From assembly GCA_003427395.1 (NCBI GenBank), contig BFEA01000022.1, forward strand, positions 3,385,532 to 3,449,531: DNA of 64,000 nt, given 5' to 3'. This DNA comes from Chara braunii (Eukaryota > Plantae > Charophyceae). This document shows positions 13,064 through 25,515 of the stretch, in pieces (within the stretch, counting starts at the first letter, position 1; each line of letters starts with the position of its first letter). The notes under the pieces were generated by a model. The model was not told the DNA's origin. It did not search any database and saw only the letters and a list, made by a program, of their open reading frames with translations. Position numbers and translations under genes: made by a program.

Positions 13064-14274
13064 TGCAATGACTTGCTGGTTACAGGTTGCCTGTAGCCTC
13101 TCTCTGATGAGGCTGTACCATAGATAGGGACAGATTTGTAATTTTGTTTGGCTGAGGGCTAACCGAGAGACCTACCTGTAGGGAAAATTCGTGAGGGACA
13201 TATTTGTAAAATAGGAAATATGGGCCCAGTACTAACTCGAATTTCCCACAGCTACCCTAACTGCGAATAGCAGACCCGGGCTACCCCTAGGACAGACAGG
13301 CCCTATGGGCCTACGCTGATAGACGGTCCTATAGCCTATAGCTGGGTAGGGAGAGGCCCTAGAGGCCGAAACAGAAACGGTGCCGGTCGGTCAGTCAGTC
13401 AAGTCTAGGTCGTGTCTAGGCTAGTTTAGAGGGTAGATAGGATGGGGACATCGGTCCTGGGCTTTTCGCAGTTGACACTTCGTGGTGGAAGTTGCTGCGC
13501 ACACGGTATCAGGTCGTGGTTGCTGATTCCGGTGGTGGAGACGACGAACATAGCCAGACCTTCGGAGCGCTGACCAGACTGGGGTCAACGCTATTCGCTC
13601 TGACTCTCTAGGAGTCAAAGCGGTCTGGGCTATGAGAGGTCTGATGCATTGGAGCACGTGGTGCACTGCTGACCCTCCTTAGGAGTACAGTCCCAGTCGC
13701 GATGCAGCCATAGCTGCATCTTCTCAGAGGATATCATCGTCTGGACTTCATCTTCATCAGGGACTGTTGGCGCTGGGCTTCTTCTTCATCGTTTGGGTGG
13801 AGATTGGCTCTGGGAGCCTGTTTCACTTTGGCGCAGGCCACTGAGTTGGATGTCAGGGTGGCGCTGGGTGTTACCTGGGGTTTCGGTGCTATTTTTAGCT
13901 GTTCCGGGTGGTGGGGTTGAGGCGCTACCACTCTGAGGGTAGCGCAACAGGGTTCTGAGGTCATTTCAGTTGAACGATGCTCTAAGTTTAATAAACAGTG
14001 GTAATATTGTGTTTGAGTTGTCATCTCTTCATTGATTTCTGGCTGTGATCACTCGGTTGTCTTCTATGAATGATTGTTGGGACTTACGTGGAGAGAATTC
14101 ACTGAATTGTGTATTCTGTCACTTCGCTTCTCCGAGTCTTCCGCTGCGTTTTCTTTTCTGGGCGGTGTGACCCTCCACTACCTCTCCCCTTCCTTCTGTG
14201 CATGTATGGGCATGTACGGGAGTTCCTGTGAGTGAGTGCTGATAAAATTTCAACAGACAATCATGTTCATAACA
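13064..14274 (+). repeat. 3' LTR (1211 bp)
   Basis: Direct repeat of the 5' LTR with scattered substitutions and an extra ~34-bp segment near 13198-13231. Confidence 0.95.
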
Positions 14275-15289
14275 CTAGGGCAGCGCTTCCGCATGGCTCA
14301 CGCAGAATGAATGAATGAATGGACGCTGCCTCTTGATTTATACTTCTGGAGGTCGCTGGTCTGCCCCTTCCCACCAGGCCCATGGTGCAGACAGTCCCAC
14401 ATGGTACTTGCTGACTAGACTAAGTGCGACTGGGAATGGGTACTGCTGACTCGACAAAGTTGGACTCCTACTTACCCACTTGCCTCTGGCCTAACGTGTA
14501 CAAACTCTCGAAAGGCCACTTCCGGAGCTTCCGGAAGTCTGTGGACTTGGCGTTTCGGGACTGTTGCAGCTACGACCTTGACCTTTCAGGACTGTAGCAG
14601 CTACGACCTTGACCTTTCAGAGTTGCAACAAATATGACCCCTACACAGGTATGACCCCTACACGGTTCAAGACCCGACAGCTACACAGACCTACGACAGA
14701 CAACATTCAGCTACCAAAACACGGGTCACGGGTTCAAAACACACAGGGTCGACTTGATACTGTACACGGGTGAGGTAAGGCCTAGGGATCGAGCCCTGGG
14801 ATCTGCATCTGTTACTGCAAAGGTGAAAACCGTTTCAAACCCCATGAACCAGTTGAAATAAAGCCCCAAGCTCGAGTCCAGATTCAACCAGATGACCAGA
14901 ATAAAATCATTCTGAAGTACCTGGGCTCGGTCAGTTCAATCATGATATATCAAGACCGTCGCCCTTTAACAAGAAGAAGAAGAAGAAGAAGAAGAAGAAG
15001 AAGAAAAGGTGATTTAATGAATTAAAAAAAAGAAGAAGAAAATGTTATTTAAGTGTCCACAGTGAGATGATGAAATATAAGAGCCTCATACTAGTTCTTT
15101 TTAGCCGACTGCAATGGATGATAGCTTATGCCACCCTCTCAGTACGCCAATGTGCAAGGAATATGAGTGTGAGCGATATACATAAAACCAAGTTGCGAAA
15201 TCACACAGCTGAGCAAGTAGTAGTATCACAAGTAGAGAGTACAAATGCACCGAGAAAATCATCCATAAAGAGCAATACAATGAAGTATT

Positions 15290-16252
15290 GAGCCAATGTC
15301 CAAGCCCGTAGGCCACACCAACACAGTATCCAGAGTCGCTCTCTCTGTCTGGCGCACAGCGCCCAGCCTACTCTACCACACTATCCTACTCCACAGCTGG
15401 TTCACACAACAGGATCACTTCGGCTCACGAAGACCAATGTACATGACTGTCCACACCATCGGCGACCTCTCTTCATGTACCAGGTACGTATCTCGTCACC
15501 CTCAATCAGACCTTGATTATCCCACACAGCGCCTCACTCCCTGAAGACCACCCGATCATCCGCTGTACCCCCTGGCGCCCAGCAGCCCGGCTATGGCTGC
15601 CTGCGCCCCGCTGCCCTGCAGCGCCCCACCTCACCTCTCGCGCCCCGTCAGCGCCCTTGGCAGCAGCGCAGCATCAAGCGAGAGCGCAGCAGCACTTCCG
15701 CATAGCTATCGCTGGCCAGCATGCCTGGCCTCGGCTGCCTCACTTCCTTTATGGAAGTGGCAGCCTGCTGGATGCTGCGTGTGGTCTGGCTGGAAGCTTC
15801 CAGTAGCTTCCAGTTGAACCTCAGACCCTGTGCCCAGGCCGAGACTTACAGTTGAGGGCCTGGGCCCTTTACTGTTGGGCGCGGCCTCAGTCTCCGGACT
15901 TGGGCTGTTAGCTGCATCTGCGCAGGGCCCCCAGGTAGATGCGTCGGCTGTACTGCTTTTCCAAAGGCCGACAGCCTGCTTCTCAATGTATCGGCCCTGC
16001 TTTGTGAGTAGGTGCCCAAGCACAACTTTCGTGGCCTGGGCCAACTGTACGACGCAGCTTAGTGAGGCTCGCGCATTCACTCAACCAACTGACACGCTGC
16101 AAGAGCCTGAATACCCACATATGGAAATGTCGAATTTTGGCCTGTGACGAATATTCAGGCCCGCCTCACTTAGGGCGGTCACTTGGCTTGCTGGGGCCTT
16201 AGCCCAGAACATGCGATGTCTGATAGGGCCCCTTGAGGGCTCGTTCCTCACA
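15290..16252 (-). mobile_element. Truncated LTR fragment related to the 923-3241 LTR family
   Basis: Shares blocks with about 2155-3241 and ends in a similar terminus (CTTGAGGGCTCGTTCCTCACA). Confidence 0.7.
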
Positions 16253-16316
16253 AATGGCTGGGCAATGAATAGAGAAGTGAGGACTTGATACACTGCCTAC
16301 TCGTCATGCCAAGTAT

Positions 16317-16649
16317 GGATGTGGGATAGAGCCAAGGGTTCCTTCAAGGCAGTCTCAGAAAAGGTACCCTTTGGGCAATCCAGTAATGATCGAGGAGAGG
16401 AGGGTGAAGGAGGTAATGATGGAGGAAAGAAGTCAATCCCTGAGAAGGGGTCGATTAAATCCTTTTCTTACCAGTTCTCACACCAAATACGGATGTGGGA
16501 TAGAGCCAAGGGTTCTTCAAGGCAGTCTCAGAAAAGGTACCCTTTGGGCAATTCAGTAATGATGGAGGAGAGGAGGGTGAAGGGGGTAATGATGGAGGAA
16601 AGAAGTCAATCCCTGAGAAGGGGTCGATTAAATCCTTCTTACCAGTTCT
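16317..16649. repeat. Tandem duplication, ~174-bp period
   Basis: GGATGTGGGATAGAGCCAAGGGTT...CTTACCAGTTCT at 16317 and 16491. Confidence 0.9.
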
Positions 16650-16657
16650 AACTTCTT

Positions 16658-16770
16658 ACTACAGTCTTCCCCCGAATACAACGTACGGTCATTATAGCTG
16701 AATTTAGACTGAAAGATAACCCAAATTCAGCTATAATGACCGTATGTGGTATTCGGGGGAAGACTGTAGT
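16658..16770. mobile_element. 113-bp palindromic miniature element with an 11-bp flanking direct repeat
   Basis: ~48-bp inverted arms around a 17-nt loop; TCTAACTTCTT at 16647-16657 and 16771-16781. Confidence 0.8.
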
Positions 16771-17064
16771 TCTAACTTCTTAGTGGTTTAATCGTAAGAG
16801 TTCTCCATTTCTGGCGGCATGATTGGGATCTGCTGCTGAAGGAAGTTTGCCTAACTCTTATGGAAACGACCACATTGCAGTCCCCCATGCGGATCATGTG
16901 GCAGAGGGGATACTAGGGGTAAGGCACTGAAAGAACACTTTCTTGGTTATTATGGGAGCATAAATGTGCGTATAACGGTATAAGGTTATTTCCTTGTCAA
17001 GGAATTTCATCTTTAATCTGATCCATCGACCTGATTGCGTATATGTTTGAACTGTTTCCATCGA

Positions 17065-17170
17065 CCTTCTTCCCCCGAAAACAACGTCAGGTCATTATAG
17101 CTGTGTTTAGACTGAAAGAAAACCCCAACTACAGCCATAACGACCGTACGTTGTATTTGGGGGAAGAAGG
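17065..17170. repeat. Second, diverged copy of the palindromic element
   Basis: CTTCCCCCGAA...GGTCATTATAGCTG...AGACTGAAAGA...GACCGTACGTTGTATTTGGGGGAAG. Confidence 0.8.
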
Positions 17171-18319
17171 AAGTTCTTGAGTGTTGATGGAATAGGAAAA
17201 GTAAGGCTGCTGCTATGAGGAGTTGGTAGCTGATACATGCTCAGTCGAGCGATGTATTGGGAGCCAAGGATCCGCAAAGTGATGAAAAGGGCTCAAATGG
17301 ACAATACAGTGTCAGCAAAGCATCAACAAGCAATGTACATCCAGATACATATGAAAGTAGCACAATGTAGCACAGCGGAAGACTCAAAGATATCACCTGA
17401 CCTATCCGAGACTGACGCGACATCCCATCATACACCACACGTGAGAGAGGCAGGAGGGGCCACATACATGGAAGAAAGGTCCTCCTTGCACACTGACATG
17501 GGGAAGATACCACGGATAAAGAGATGGCGGAGAGGCGAGACGAAGATGGAGGTGAGGGAGAAGACCAAGATTGCGATAGCGACGTCCAAAAATAGTCTCC
17601 CTGTCGAATGTCCAATCAATGTCTGCCACAAAAATGTCGAATCAGATCCTGGGCCTCATGCCGGATGTAACCTCTGCTTGCAACCTCTCTCTCTCTCTCT
17701 CTCTCTGTGAATGAAAAAGAAGAAGAAGAAGAAGAAGAAGAAGGAAGGATGGAGAAGATATGGAGGGCGAGACGAAGAAGAAGAAGAAGATGTCGTCCTC
17801 CTTGCTGTCTCACCTGCACGTAACTGCCACCATGTACTAACTGCCGCCGTGCTCTCTCTCTGTGCAGGTCGCTGGCGAGAAGGCCAGCTATGGCGCCCAG
17901 GTAGGAGTTCCGCCGACGCAGGTAAGGTCTCCACCTCGCTCCCTACCTACACCTCTACCTCCAACGCAGTGCTGCCACGCTGCTCCAGCAGCGTGTCGCC
18001 CAAGAAGTGAGCTACTTGAACTGTGTGTCTGCCCTGGCCTGGCCCAGCTATATGTAGCGCTGGGCCTCGCAGGTGTGCCCCTGGTCCTGGCCTGAAAGGG
18101 CCTACTCGGTCTGGGTCCCGACCGGACGTCCAGACCCTCCCTTCTGATGCAGCAGGGACGTCCGCTACTGGACGAACACAAACCTGGCCCACAAGAGCCT
18201 GCCTGCAAACGTAGAAGGCCAAAAATGTGGTCTTTGCCCGAACAGACCGAAAGTCTGTTCGGACGAACTGCAAGTCCGAAACGCCGCGAGAACAGACAAA
18301 AATAAGACAGCAAATAAAG

Positions 18320-18560
18320 TAGGCTACCAGCCGGGCCGCCCGGGTCACCCTATTTTCCCGGACGGCCCGGCCGGGCAGCGACCAGGGAAGGTCCTAGCAA
18401 AAAAAAAAAAAAAAAAAAAACGAAAGTTCAAAAAACACTATGTTATGCAGAAAAATAAACTGAACAACTTTTGCCTCAGGGTCACATGGAAAAAAAATTC
18501 TTTACCAAATTTAAAATAAAAAATGAAGTTAAAAAAACAATTTTTTTTTTTTTTGGCCTC
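18320..18560. mobile_element. Truncated copy of the MITE at 35632-35919 (opposite orientation)
   Basis: Starts with TIR TAGGCTACCAGC; the internal sequence is the reverse complement of about 35700-35915. Confidence 0.75.
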
Positions 18561-18671
18561 CAGGGCGAATGTCCGAAGGCATGCGGCCTGGGGGCCCCCC
18601 GCAACCGTCAGGCCTCCAAAATGGGGCCCGTGTGCAGGCTCAGCATGGAACATCCCGCCCTCCTTATGATG

Positions 18672-21320
18672 TCAAGCCGGGTCGAGGGTGAAGTTGACGA
18701 TCCGATTGTGGAACCTTGACGCGAGTATGGCGTGGAGCCAAAGGTACCGGCTTGCCTTGCTGTTTGCGTTCGTAACGCATGCAGACATCGGGGCTGTAGC
18801 CTGAAGTTCTGCACGGGTCAACCAACGGTCAGCCTTATGGCTGCAATAAAAGTATCGTGCGCCGCCCAGACGCTCAAGAAGATCGTCAATACGAGGAAGA
18901 GGCCCCGCATTCTTGACGGTGTGCACGTTGAGCTTGCGATAGTCAATGCTCAAACAAAGATCCTTGTTCTTCTTCCGTACGAAGAGAATTGGCGCACCAT
19001 ATGGTGAGCTACTAGGGCGGATCCAGCCGTTGTCCAACAAGTCATCGACTTGCGCGCGGAGAACCAGGAGTTCTTCCTCGCTCATGCGATAGATGCATCC
19101 TTTCGGCGGGCACGACACCGGCGTCGAGAATGATATCGTGGGAGATTGACCGATCCGGCACCACACCGGTAGGAGACTTGAAAACGTTGGCGAACTCATC
19201 AAGCAACCGCACCACGCGGGTGTCTGAAGACAAGTCCATAGGTGAAGACTTGGCCGCTGCGACGGTCCTAAGAAAACATAGGCCGATCTCGTCGACCGCT
19301 CGTAAGCACAAGTGGCTCGAAAAGATTCGGTCATCACAACTCAGCACCGCATTGAAGGGTGCGGAAGAGGAATGGTACACGGCACCTCGGCGCCAAATGC
19401 GTTGCGAACGGTAAGCGTCTGCTGATGGAAGCTCACCGTGTGGTCCGCACTTGCGAGCCAAGGCATCCTCTAAATAATGTTGAAGTTTGTGTCCAAGACG
19501 TCAAACGTAACTGGCTCTCATGCGTGAGGTGCGAAATAGACCGGCACAGCTTCGATGTAGCGATCAAGAAGTTGTTGCGTCTGACAGTCCGCCATCTTGA
19601 CCGCCGTAGGATGTGGATGTGGCTTCCTTCGAATTTGTGCTCCAAGGCCGTCCCTTTGTATAAAGGACTGGCTCATGAAATTGCGAGTCGCGCCGCTATC
19701 CAGCAAAGCGCTGCAGGACGCTTGCCCAACTTGGATGCGGACATAAAGGAGCGGTGAGTTGTTGTCATCGTACCACTGCGTGCGTGCGAAACTCATGGGC
19801 CACCTTGGTAATATATGCAAGGAGGTTCCCCACCGCAACTTCGTCATCCATCGGCGAAGTTGGTGGTGCATAGAAGGATAAGTATGTGTGGAGATGGGCG
19901 CAGAGTGTTGCGCATTGCGGTCTTGGTAAGCGGCCCGTGGAAGGGGGAGGAAGCCATGCAAAATCCTCGGGCGACAACGGGTCCAAGATCTCTACGTTGA
20001 GCTTGCGTGCCGAATCCCTTGAAGAACCACTAAAATGTCGCTGCTTCCGGACGGAGAAGAAACCACACAAAAACTTGTCCTTGAGCTTGAGAACCGAGCG
20101 ATGGAAGGAGCCGGGCAGCAAAGTCGTCGAAAGAATGAAGAATCGGACTTACGACTTTCGCATGTGCGTCGGAACCTAGGGAGGTTGCTCACGAAGCAAC
20201 CAGTTCTGAAGACGTGGAGAGCGCAACCGTTTCACTCTCGGCGGTGCTCACTTTCCCGAAAGGGCTTTTCCCTTGGCCTTCGTGGGACAGCTGACGGTTT
20301 CGTGTGCGTCGCTGTTGCACCACAAGCAATAATGGTGTCTCGTTCGAAACTTGTAGACGCCTTTTGAGAGACCCTAATGTAGCCAAGGGTATTGAGCTGT
20401 TGTTCCGGACCCGGGGAATGAAGAGGTGTGTGTCTTCGATGTGCCGCATCCTCAACCTTTGGCGGGGCAGCCACCATCCCGGGCGGCTGCTAACCTTTCT
20501 CCCTCGTCAGATGAAGCAGCCTCATTCAAATAGTCGTTCGGCGTTGTTGCCTCGACCACGGCCACTTTCGAACGATGCTGATCTCTGCCCAGGCCTGCAG
20601 AGGGCGAACAGCCAGCATTGCGAGCTTCCGTATTCGTCACTATAATCTGTGAGGCCTTGCTAAATAGTTTCTCAGTTGTGGTGCGCGTCTCCATGATTTG
20701 CGTCAAGGCAATTCCATATTCGTCACTATAATCAGTGAGGCCTTGCTAAATAGTTGCTCAGTTGTGGTGAGTGTCTCCGCGACTTGCAACAAGGCATTCT
20801 GCAATGTCGGGCATGACCTCGTGATGAAGTAGTGCTTGATGCGCGTAAAGGTGATCGACAAGTCCGGCGTGGATGCCAAACGTTGGTACTCGATGATCCA
20901 ATTCATGCTTGGCAAGGCGTTGGGATGGAACTTCTGCAACTTCTCCATTGCCTGAAGCTCGGGCGGATCCACTTCGAACCGCATGTGCCATGATGCCTTG
21001 AGATAAAAGTGATCTTTGTGAGCAGCTCGGAGACAGTGACCTTATGCGTGGACAGCATGTTGTCAAGCCAAGCTTGACACGCGCCCCCCCGACCGGTGAT
21101 ATAAATAGGCATGTGGGTTGGGGTCGCTGACTTTGTACAAGTCCAAACGAGGTCAAATTGGCATCACCATGGAATAGGCTCAGTCTTCGGTGCATCGCAG
21201 AAGATCGAAATTCCATCGATTTTGGGTATGCGCTCGTGAGATGACAGGGCCGGACTGGCAGCTGCTGCGCAAATCTGCTGCTCGAACTGTTGGTTGGTCG
21301 CTTGCTGCTGCCGCGCCGTG
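18672..21320 (-). pseudogene. Decayed, internally deleted Ty3/Gypsy gag-pol
   Basis: Gag (QAWLDNML, AMEKLQKF, IKHYFITRSCPTL), protease ALLDSGATRNF, RT N-terminus [35 protein letters not shown] joined directly to a chromodomain-like tail DRWLTRAEL. Confidence 0.9.
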
Positions 21321-21334
21321 ACCTTCAGAAAATG

Positions 21335-21517
21335 GCCCTCAGTTTCAGGCTGAAAACACTCAGGGCCGGAGAGGCCCTGATTTAGCCTGAAACGACACAG
21401 GGCCTGTAGGCCCTCATTTTCAGGCTTTCAGGCTGAAACGACACGGGGCCTGTAGCCCCTTGTTTTCAGGCTTTTGGCCTGAAAACAACACGGGCCTGAA
21501 AAATGGCCCGTGCAGCC
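21335..21517. repeat. Cluster of short direct and inverted repeats (GGCCTGAAA / TTTCAGGC), resembling a DNA-transposon subterminal region
   Basis: Repeated CTGAAACGACAC(A/G)GGGCCTGTAG and TTTTCAGGC motifs. Confidence 0.55.
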
Positions 21518-22223
21518 TGTTGCAGGGGCAGCATGTAACACAGTGCCAGATCACATCAGAGTGCCACGTGGCACAGTTCTCCCGTGAAGACGTCCAGCAG
21601 CGCACAGTATCGACATCAGCAACAGGTAAGTATCCTCTCTCTCTCTCAATCCACAGATTCCGATCTCCCTCCTTGTCGCGTCCAACTCAGCAATGAAGAC
21701 AATATGGCAGATGCCACGTCAGCAATGAAGACAGTGGCATGCACCACATCAGCAATGTTGAAGACAGCGTGGCATGCGCCACGTCAGCAAGTAGACAGCT
21801 GGTGCCAAAGCAAGAAGGCACCATGTGGCAGTCTCGCGTCGTCGTCCCACAGTGCCAGCATGTAGCCAGCGTCCGGCTAGCGTCAAGCCAGCGTCAAGTC
21901 AGCATAGTCAGACTGAATGTTGACTCCCTGGAGGCAGGCCTTATGTAGTGTTTGACGAGGTTGACCTGCCTCAGGTCTCCCACCCACGGTGGCTCAGATT
22001 TGACTCACAGCCGACAGCCCGGATCTCATACAGTTGCAGATTTCCACTTGGTCCAAATGCTGTCTCGGTACCTGCATACAAACAAGTGTGTGTCTGACCG
22101 GCGGCCTGGGATGGGTCCATGCAGACTTTGACTTGTGGGCCTCTGGGCAGTTGACCAAATTCAACTGTTGGGCGCACAGGCCCTGAAGCCATTTTCGGGG
22201 GTTTTCCTCCCCCTCGGGCAACA
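21518..22223. mobile_element. LTR-like fragment
   Basis: TGTTGC...GCAACA ends and internal GCCACGTCAGCA repeats; no TSD. Confidence 0.4.
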
Positions 22224-22336
22224 TCAGGGCATAACGATCAGGTTATTGCATTTGAGTCTTATTCCCCAGTCGTTCTTAGAATAGAATCGTAACAGAAAAT
22301 CACAGACTTTGAATGCTGAGCTTTGTGGGTTATTGT

Positions 22337-22502
22337 CATGGCAACCGCGGACCCAGACCCGGACATGTCTGGACCGAGGCCCAGACATTTGTCAAGACTG
22401 GTCCAGACGTCCGGTAATCCGGACAGGCACCGGACAACTGGGCAGGACCGGATCCGGAGCGTCTGGACCAGTACGCCAGACACAAAAAACGTCCGGACCT
22501 AA

Positions 22503-22546
<44 letters not shown>

Positions 22547-23209
22547 TTAGTACTAACTTACTAATTATTACTAACCACAGCTTACTGCCTTTCGCTATTC
22601 ACAACCTGACAGCTCAATAGAGTCGATACTGTCACAGAAATTCACAAAGGCTCACACAACACTAGAAAGTTGAAACCAGTTCTCAAACAGACCAATCCCA
22701 GGTCACTTCAGAAAAGAGTACAAAAATCAGAAAGAAACAGAACTTCGAGCTTTGAAGTTAGACTTTCTAATTCATATTCATATGAAAGTTGAAAATTTGA
22801 ACTGTTAAGTTATTCAGATCTGCGTAAGAACAGATCTGAGATCTGGTCAGGACCAGATCTACGACAGGATCTCAGATCTGACCAATATCATCTCTCTCGC
22901 TCGCTCGCTCGCTCTCTAGCTTGATGTTCTGTGGCGCTTTGCAGCCAGCACTTCATTTTCGGAATCGGACTCTGCAGAGGGACCTGTTGGAGGCGTCTGG
23001 CGGCGTCCGGTAGGCCCTGAAAGGGCCAAAAAATACCGGGGGCATTGTTTGGGGGCCTAGGATCCGAAAAACGTCCTAGGACACCCCAAAAAAAATTTCG
23101 AATTTTTCAAAATTGGGCCCAATCCAGACCTACCGGACCAGACACCGGACCCATACCCAGACAACCGGACCGTCTGGATTCTGGTCCAGACGTCCGGCCA
23201 GTTGCCATG
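22337..23209. mobile_element. Non-autonomous hAT-type element (873 bp)
   Basis: TIR CATGGCAAC/GTTGCCATG; 8-bp TSD GTTATTGT/GTTATTAT (1 mismatch); many CCGGAC subterminal motifs; internal (AAC)n. Confidence 0.8.
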
Positions 23210-24686
23210 GTTATTATTACTTATTGTAATTATTTTGTATTAAAAATTTTAGGATTCTTCAGAAACAAAGAAAAAGATATGCTTCCTTTTCCACTGGCAA
23301 GTCAAAATTAAGAACGCTCCCCAGAATGAACAAGGAGCTGGAACCTTGAAGCACTAGTACCTCCACCAGTGTTGGGAAAATAGGGAAAACTGGCAGTTTT
23401 CCCAAACTCCTGAAAAATTGGAGGCCGGGCTCAACTACGTCTGGCATTGATAAATCTCATGGGTGGCCGTCGTTTCATTTCGGCCTCCTAAGAAGGTCGG
23501 AGGCCTACCCGAGGCCTGCTATTTTCCCTCTCGGCAATGGTACTAGTGGTTTAAGGTTCCGTTTCCCCCCCGGGAAAAAAAAAAAAAAAAGGTGCTGCAC
23601 AGTAACGCAACAAAAAGTTATTCCCACATCGACTTTGACTTGCAGATGAATGGTCTTCCTTCCACATGGACTACTCCCTTGCAGCCATGCCAATCGACTG
23701 TGACTCGCAGATGGATGGGCTTCCTTGGGCCGTAGGTATTCCAGAGCATCTCACAGAGGGTTTTGGTTTGTTTGCGTGCCATGTTACAGGTTCACCATCT
23801 TCAGATCCGCAGCCAGAAGCAGGAGCAACAACCAAACTATGAAACCAATGCAGGTTTCAAAATTCGATGCCAGATGACCATCAGTTATGGCTTATCCTGG
23901 GACAAGGGTCGCCTTTGGCCAGAGAGCGACGTAAAATAGAGGAAAAATACCACATGGTACGGCGTCTGTTCTGTGCGTGTCGTAACCACTCGTTCAATCC
24001 TCTTAGAATGGCATTAATCCTAAAGTTAGTTTCGCTTTGAGGAAAGTGCATATGTAAACAGATCATGGTCTTTTTGTCTATCTGTGTGTTCGGTTCTGAT
24101 GTCTCCCTATCAGGGGATAATGGCCATCTCACACTTTTCAGGAGGCCACGTTCAATCGAACTTCCAGGACTAATCGACGACGAAAAGGTGAAAGCGATTG
24201 TCAGTCGTCAATCTCACTGGTCACCTATTTGCCAGAAGTGGGCAGCCTGGCAGAGGCTTCCTGGTTTTCTGCTTTCTCCTGTTCCAATGTCCACTGTCTC
24301 TCTGTGCTGCAGCCGCAGGTAGGCTTTGTGTGTGGAACCAGACACATGATGAATCCACAATGAGTTTCATGGCTTTTGCCAAATCCAGCCTGGTACCGTT
24401 GGTGGCCAGCCGGGTAGGTCCATTCCTGTGGAATTTCTGAAAGGAAGACATGCCGATCAACCTGTGGGGGAAGGGCTGACTATTTTGTGGGTTGTTGGTC
24501 ATGGTATTGTCTTTCTCTACCCAAAAAGTCAGGGCGCACCTGAGGGGTATGCTAAAAAACGATTAGGTTGGAGTTGTAAGAAGTTCTTAGTTTGTTCATG
24601 TGTCTCTTCTTCCCTGTCGATCCTATTTATGGGAAATTCATGCTGGCATGACGACCAAGGTTCACAGCCTCAGACTGCAGGAACTT

Positions 24687-25515
24687 AACGCATACATCTG
24701 AAGAGAGAACACGAACTGTGCAGCTTTTGAAGTCGCCATTCGGCTTACTCGCTTATTCTCTTTGCTGTGTCGTTGAATCTCCCGGAAAAACAAGGAGATC
24801 CTCCCTCTTTTAAAGTCCCCCTCCCCCTTACTAGCGTATCCTCTTTTCTGCAGGAACACAACGCGTACATCTGAAAGAAAAGAACACGAACTGTGCAGCT
24901 TTGGAAGTCCTCCTCCCTCTTAGTAGCTTATCCTCTTTTCTGTGTCGTCAAATCTCCCTCTTACGTGCTTATCCTCTTCTTCGTGCCACCAAATCTCCCA
25001 GAGAAACAAGGACACCCTGGTCTGTAACTGTTGAACAGTTTAAAGGTATTTCCCCCGAACGGATCTGTTAATGTGGGTGAGAGCTCTGTGAACCAGAAAT
25101 GGTAAATATTGTGGTAGAAAGTTAGAAACACAAAAATTCTCAGAGGTCTTCCCTGCACTCGTATGGATGGACTGGATGCACATATGCTGGTGGGGACGTG
25201 GGATCCCTCTGATTGTGTTTGGCTAAAAGGCAAATTCAGTGAATCACAGGCATGCTGCATTCTGCACTGCTGATCCAGTTAAAATCCTGGGTACTCTTCT
25301 GATGGATGCTTGAGGAGCTCTCAGTTCTGATTTTATGGATGGACTGGATGCACATATGCTGGTGGGGACGTGGGATGATATAGGAGTCCCCTTTGCTTGC
25401 GTTTGGCTACAGGGTAAATTAAGTACAGTGAATCACAGGCATGCTTCATTCTGCACTGCTGATCCGGTTAAAGCCTGGATACTCGTCTGATCGATGCTTG
25501 AGGAGCTCTCAGTTC
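24687..25515. repeat. Two local duplications, each with a ~172-bp period
   Basis: AACGC(A/G)TACATCTGAA...GAACACGAACTGTGCAGC at 24687 and 24860; TATGGATGGACTGGATGCACATATGCTGG at about 25162 and 25334. Confidence 0.85.

Larger units (their letters stand above)
4830..14274 (+). mobile_element. Full-length, decayed Ty3/Gypsy chromovirus LTR retrotransposon
   Basis: Two near-identical LTRs, PBS, PPT, domain order gag-PR-RT-RH-INT-chromodomain, and CTAG on both flanks (4826-4829, 14275-14278). Confidence 0.97.
3760..14971. mobile_element. Older LTR-like sequence split by the chromovirus insertion (about 3760-4829 plus 14279-14971)
   Basis: The flanks rejoin across the CTAG duplication. The right part has short internal repeats (GCAGCTACGACCTTGACCTTTCAG) and ends ...TTTAACA at 14971. 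Left boundary uncertain; no TSD found. Confidence 0.35.

Noticed and set aside
17237-18348. Overlapping ORFs near (CT)n/(GAA)n as a host gene
   Set aside because: Low complexity, no recognisable domain and no supportable exon structure.
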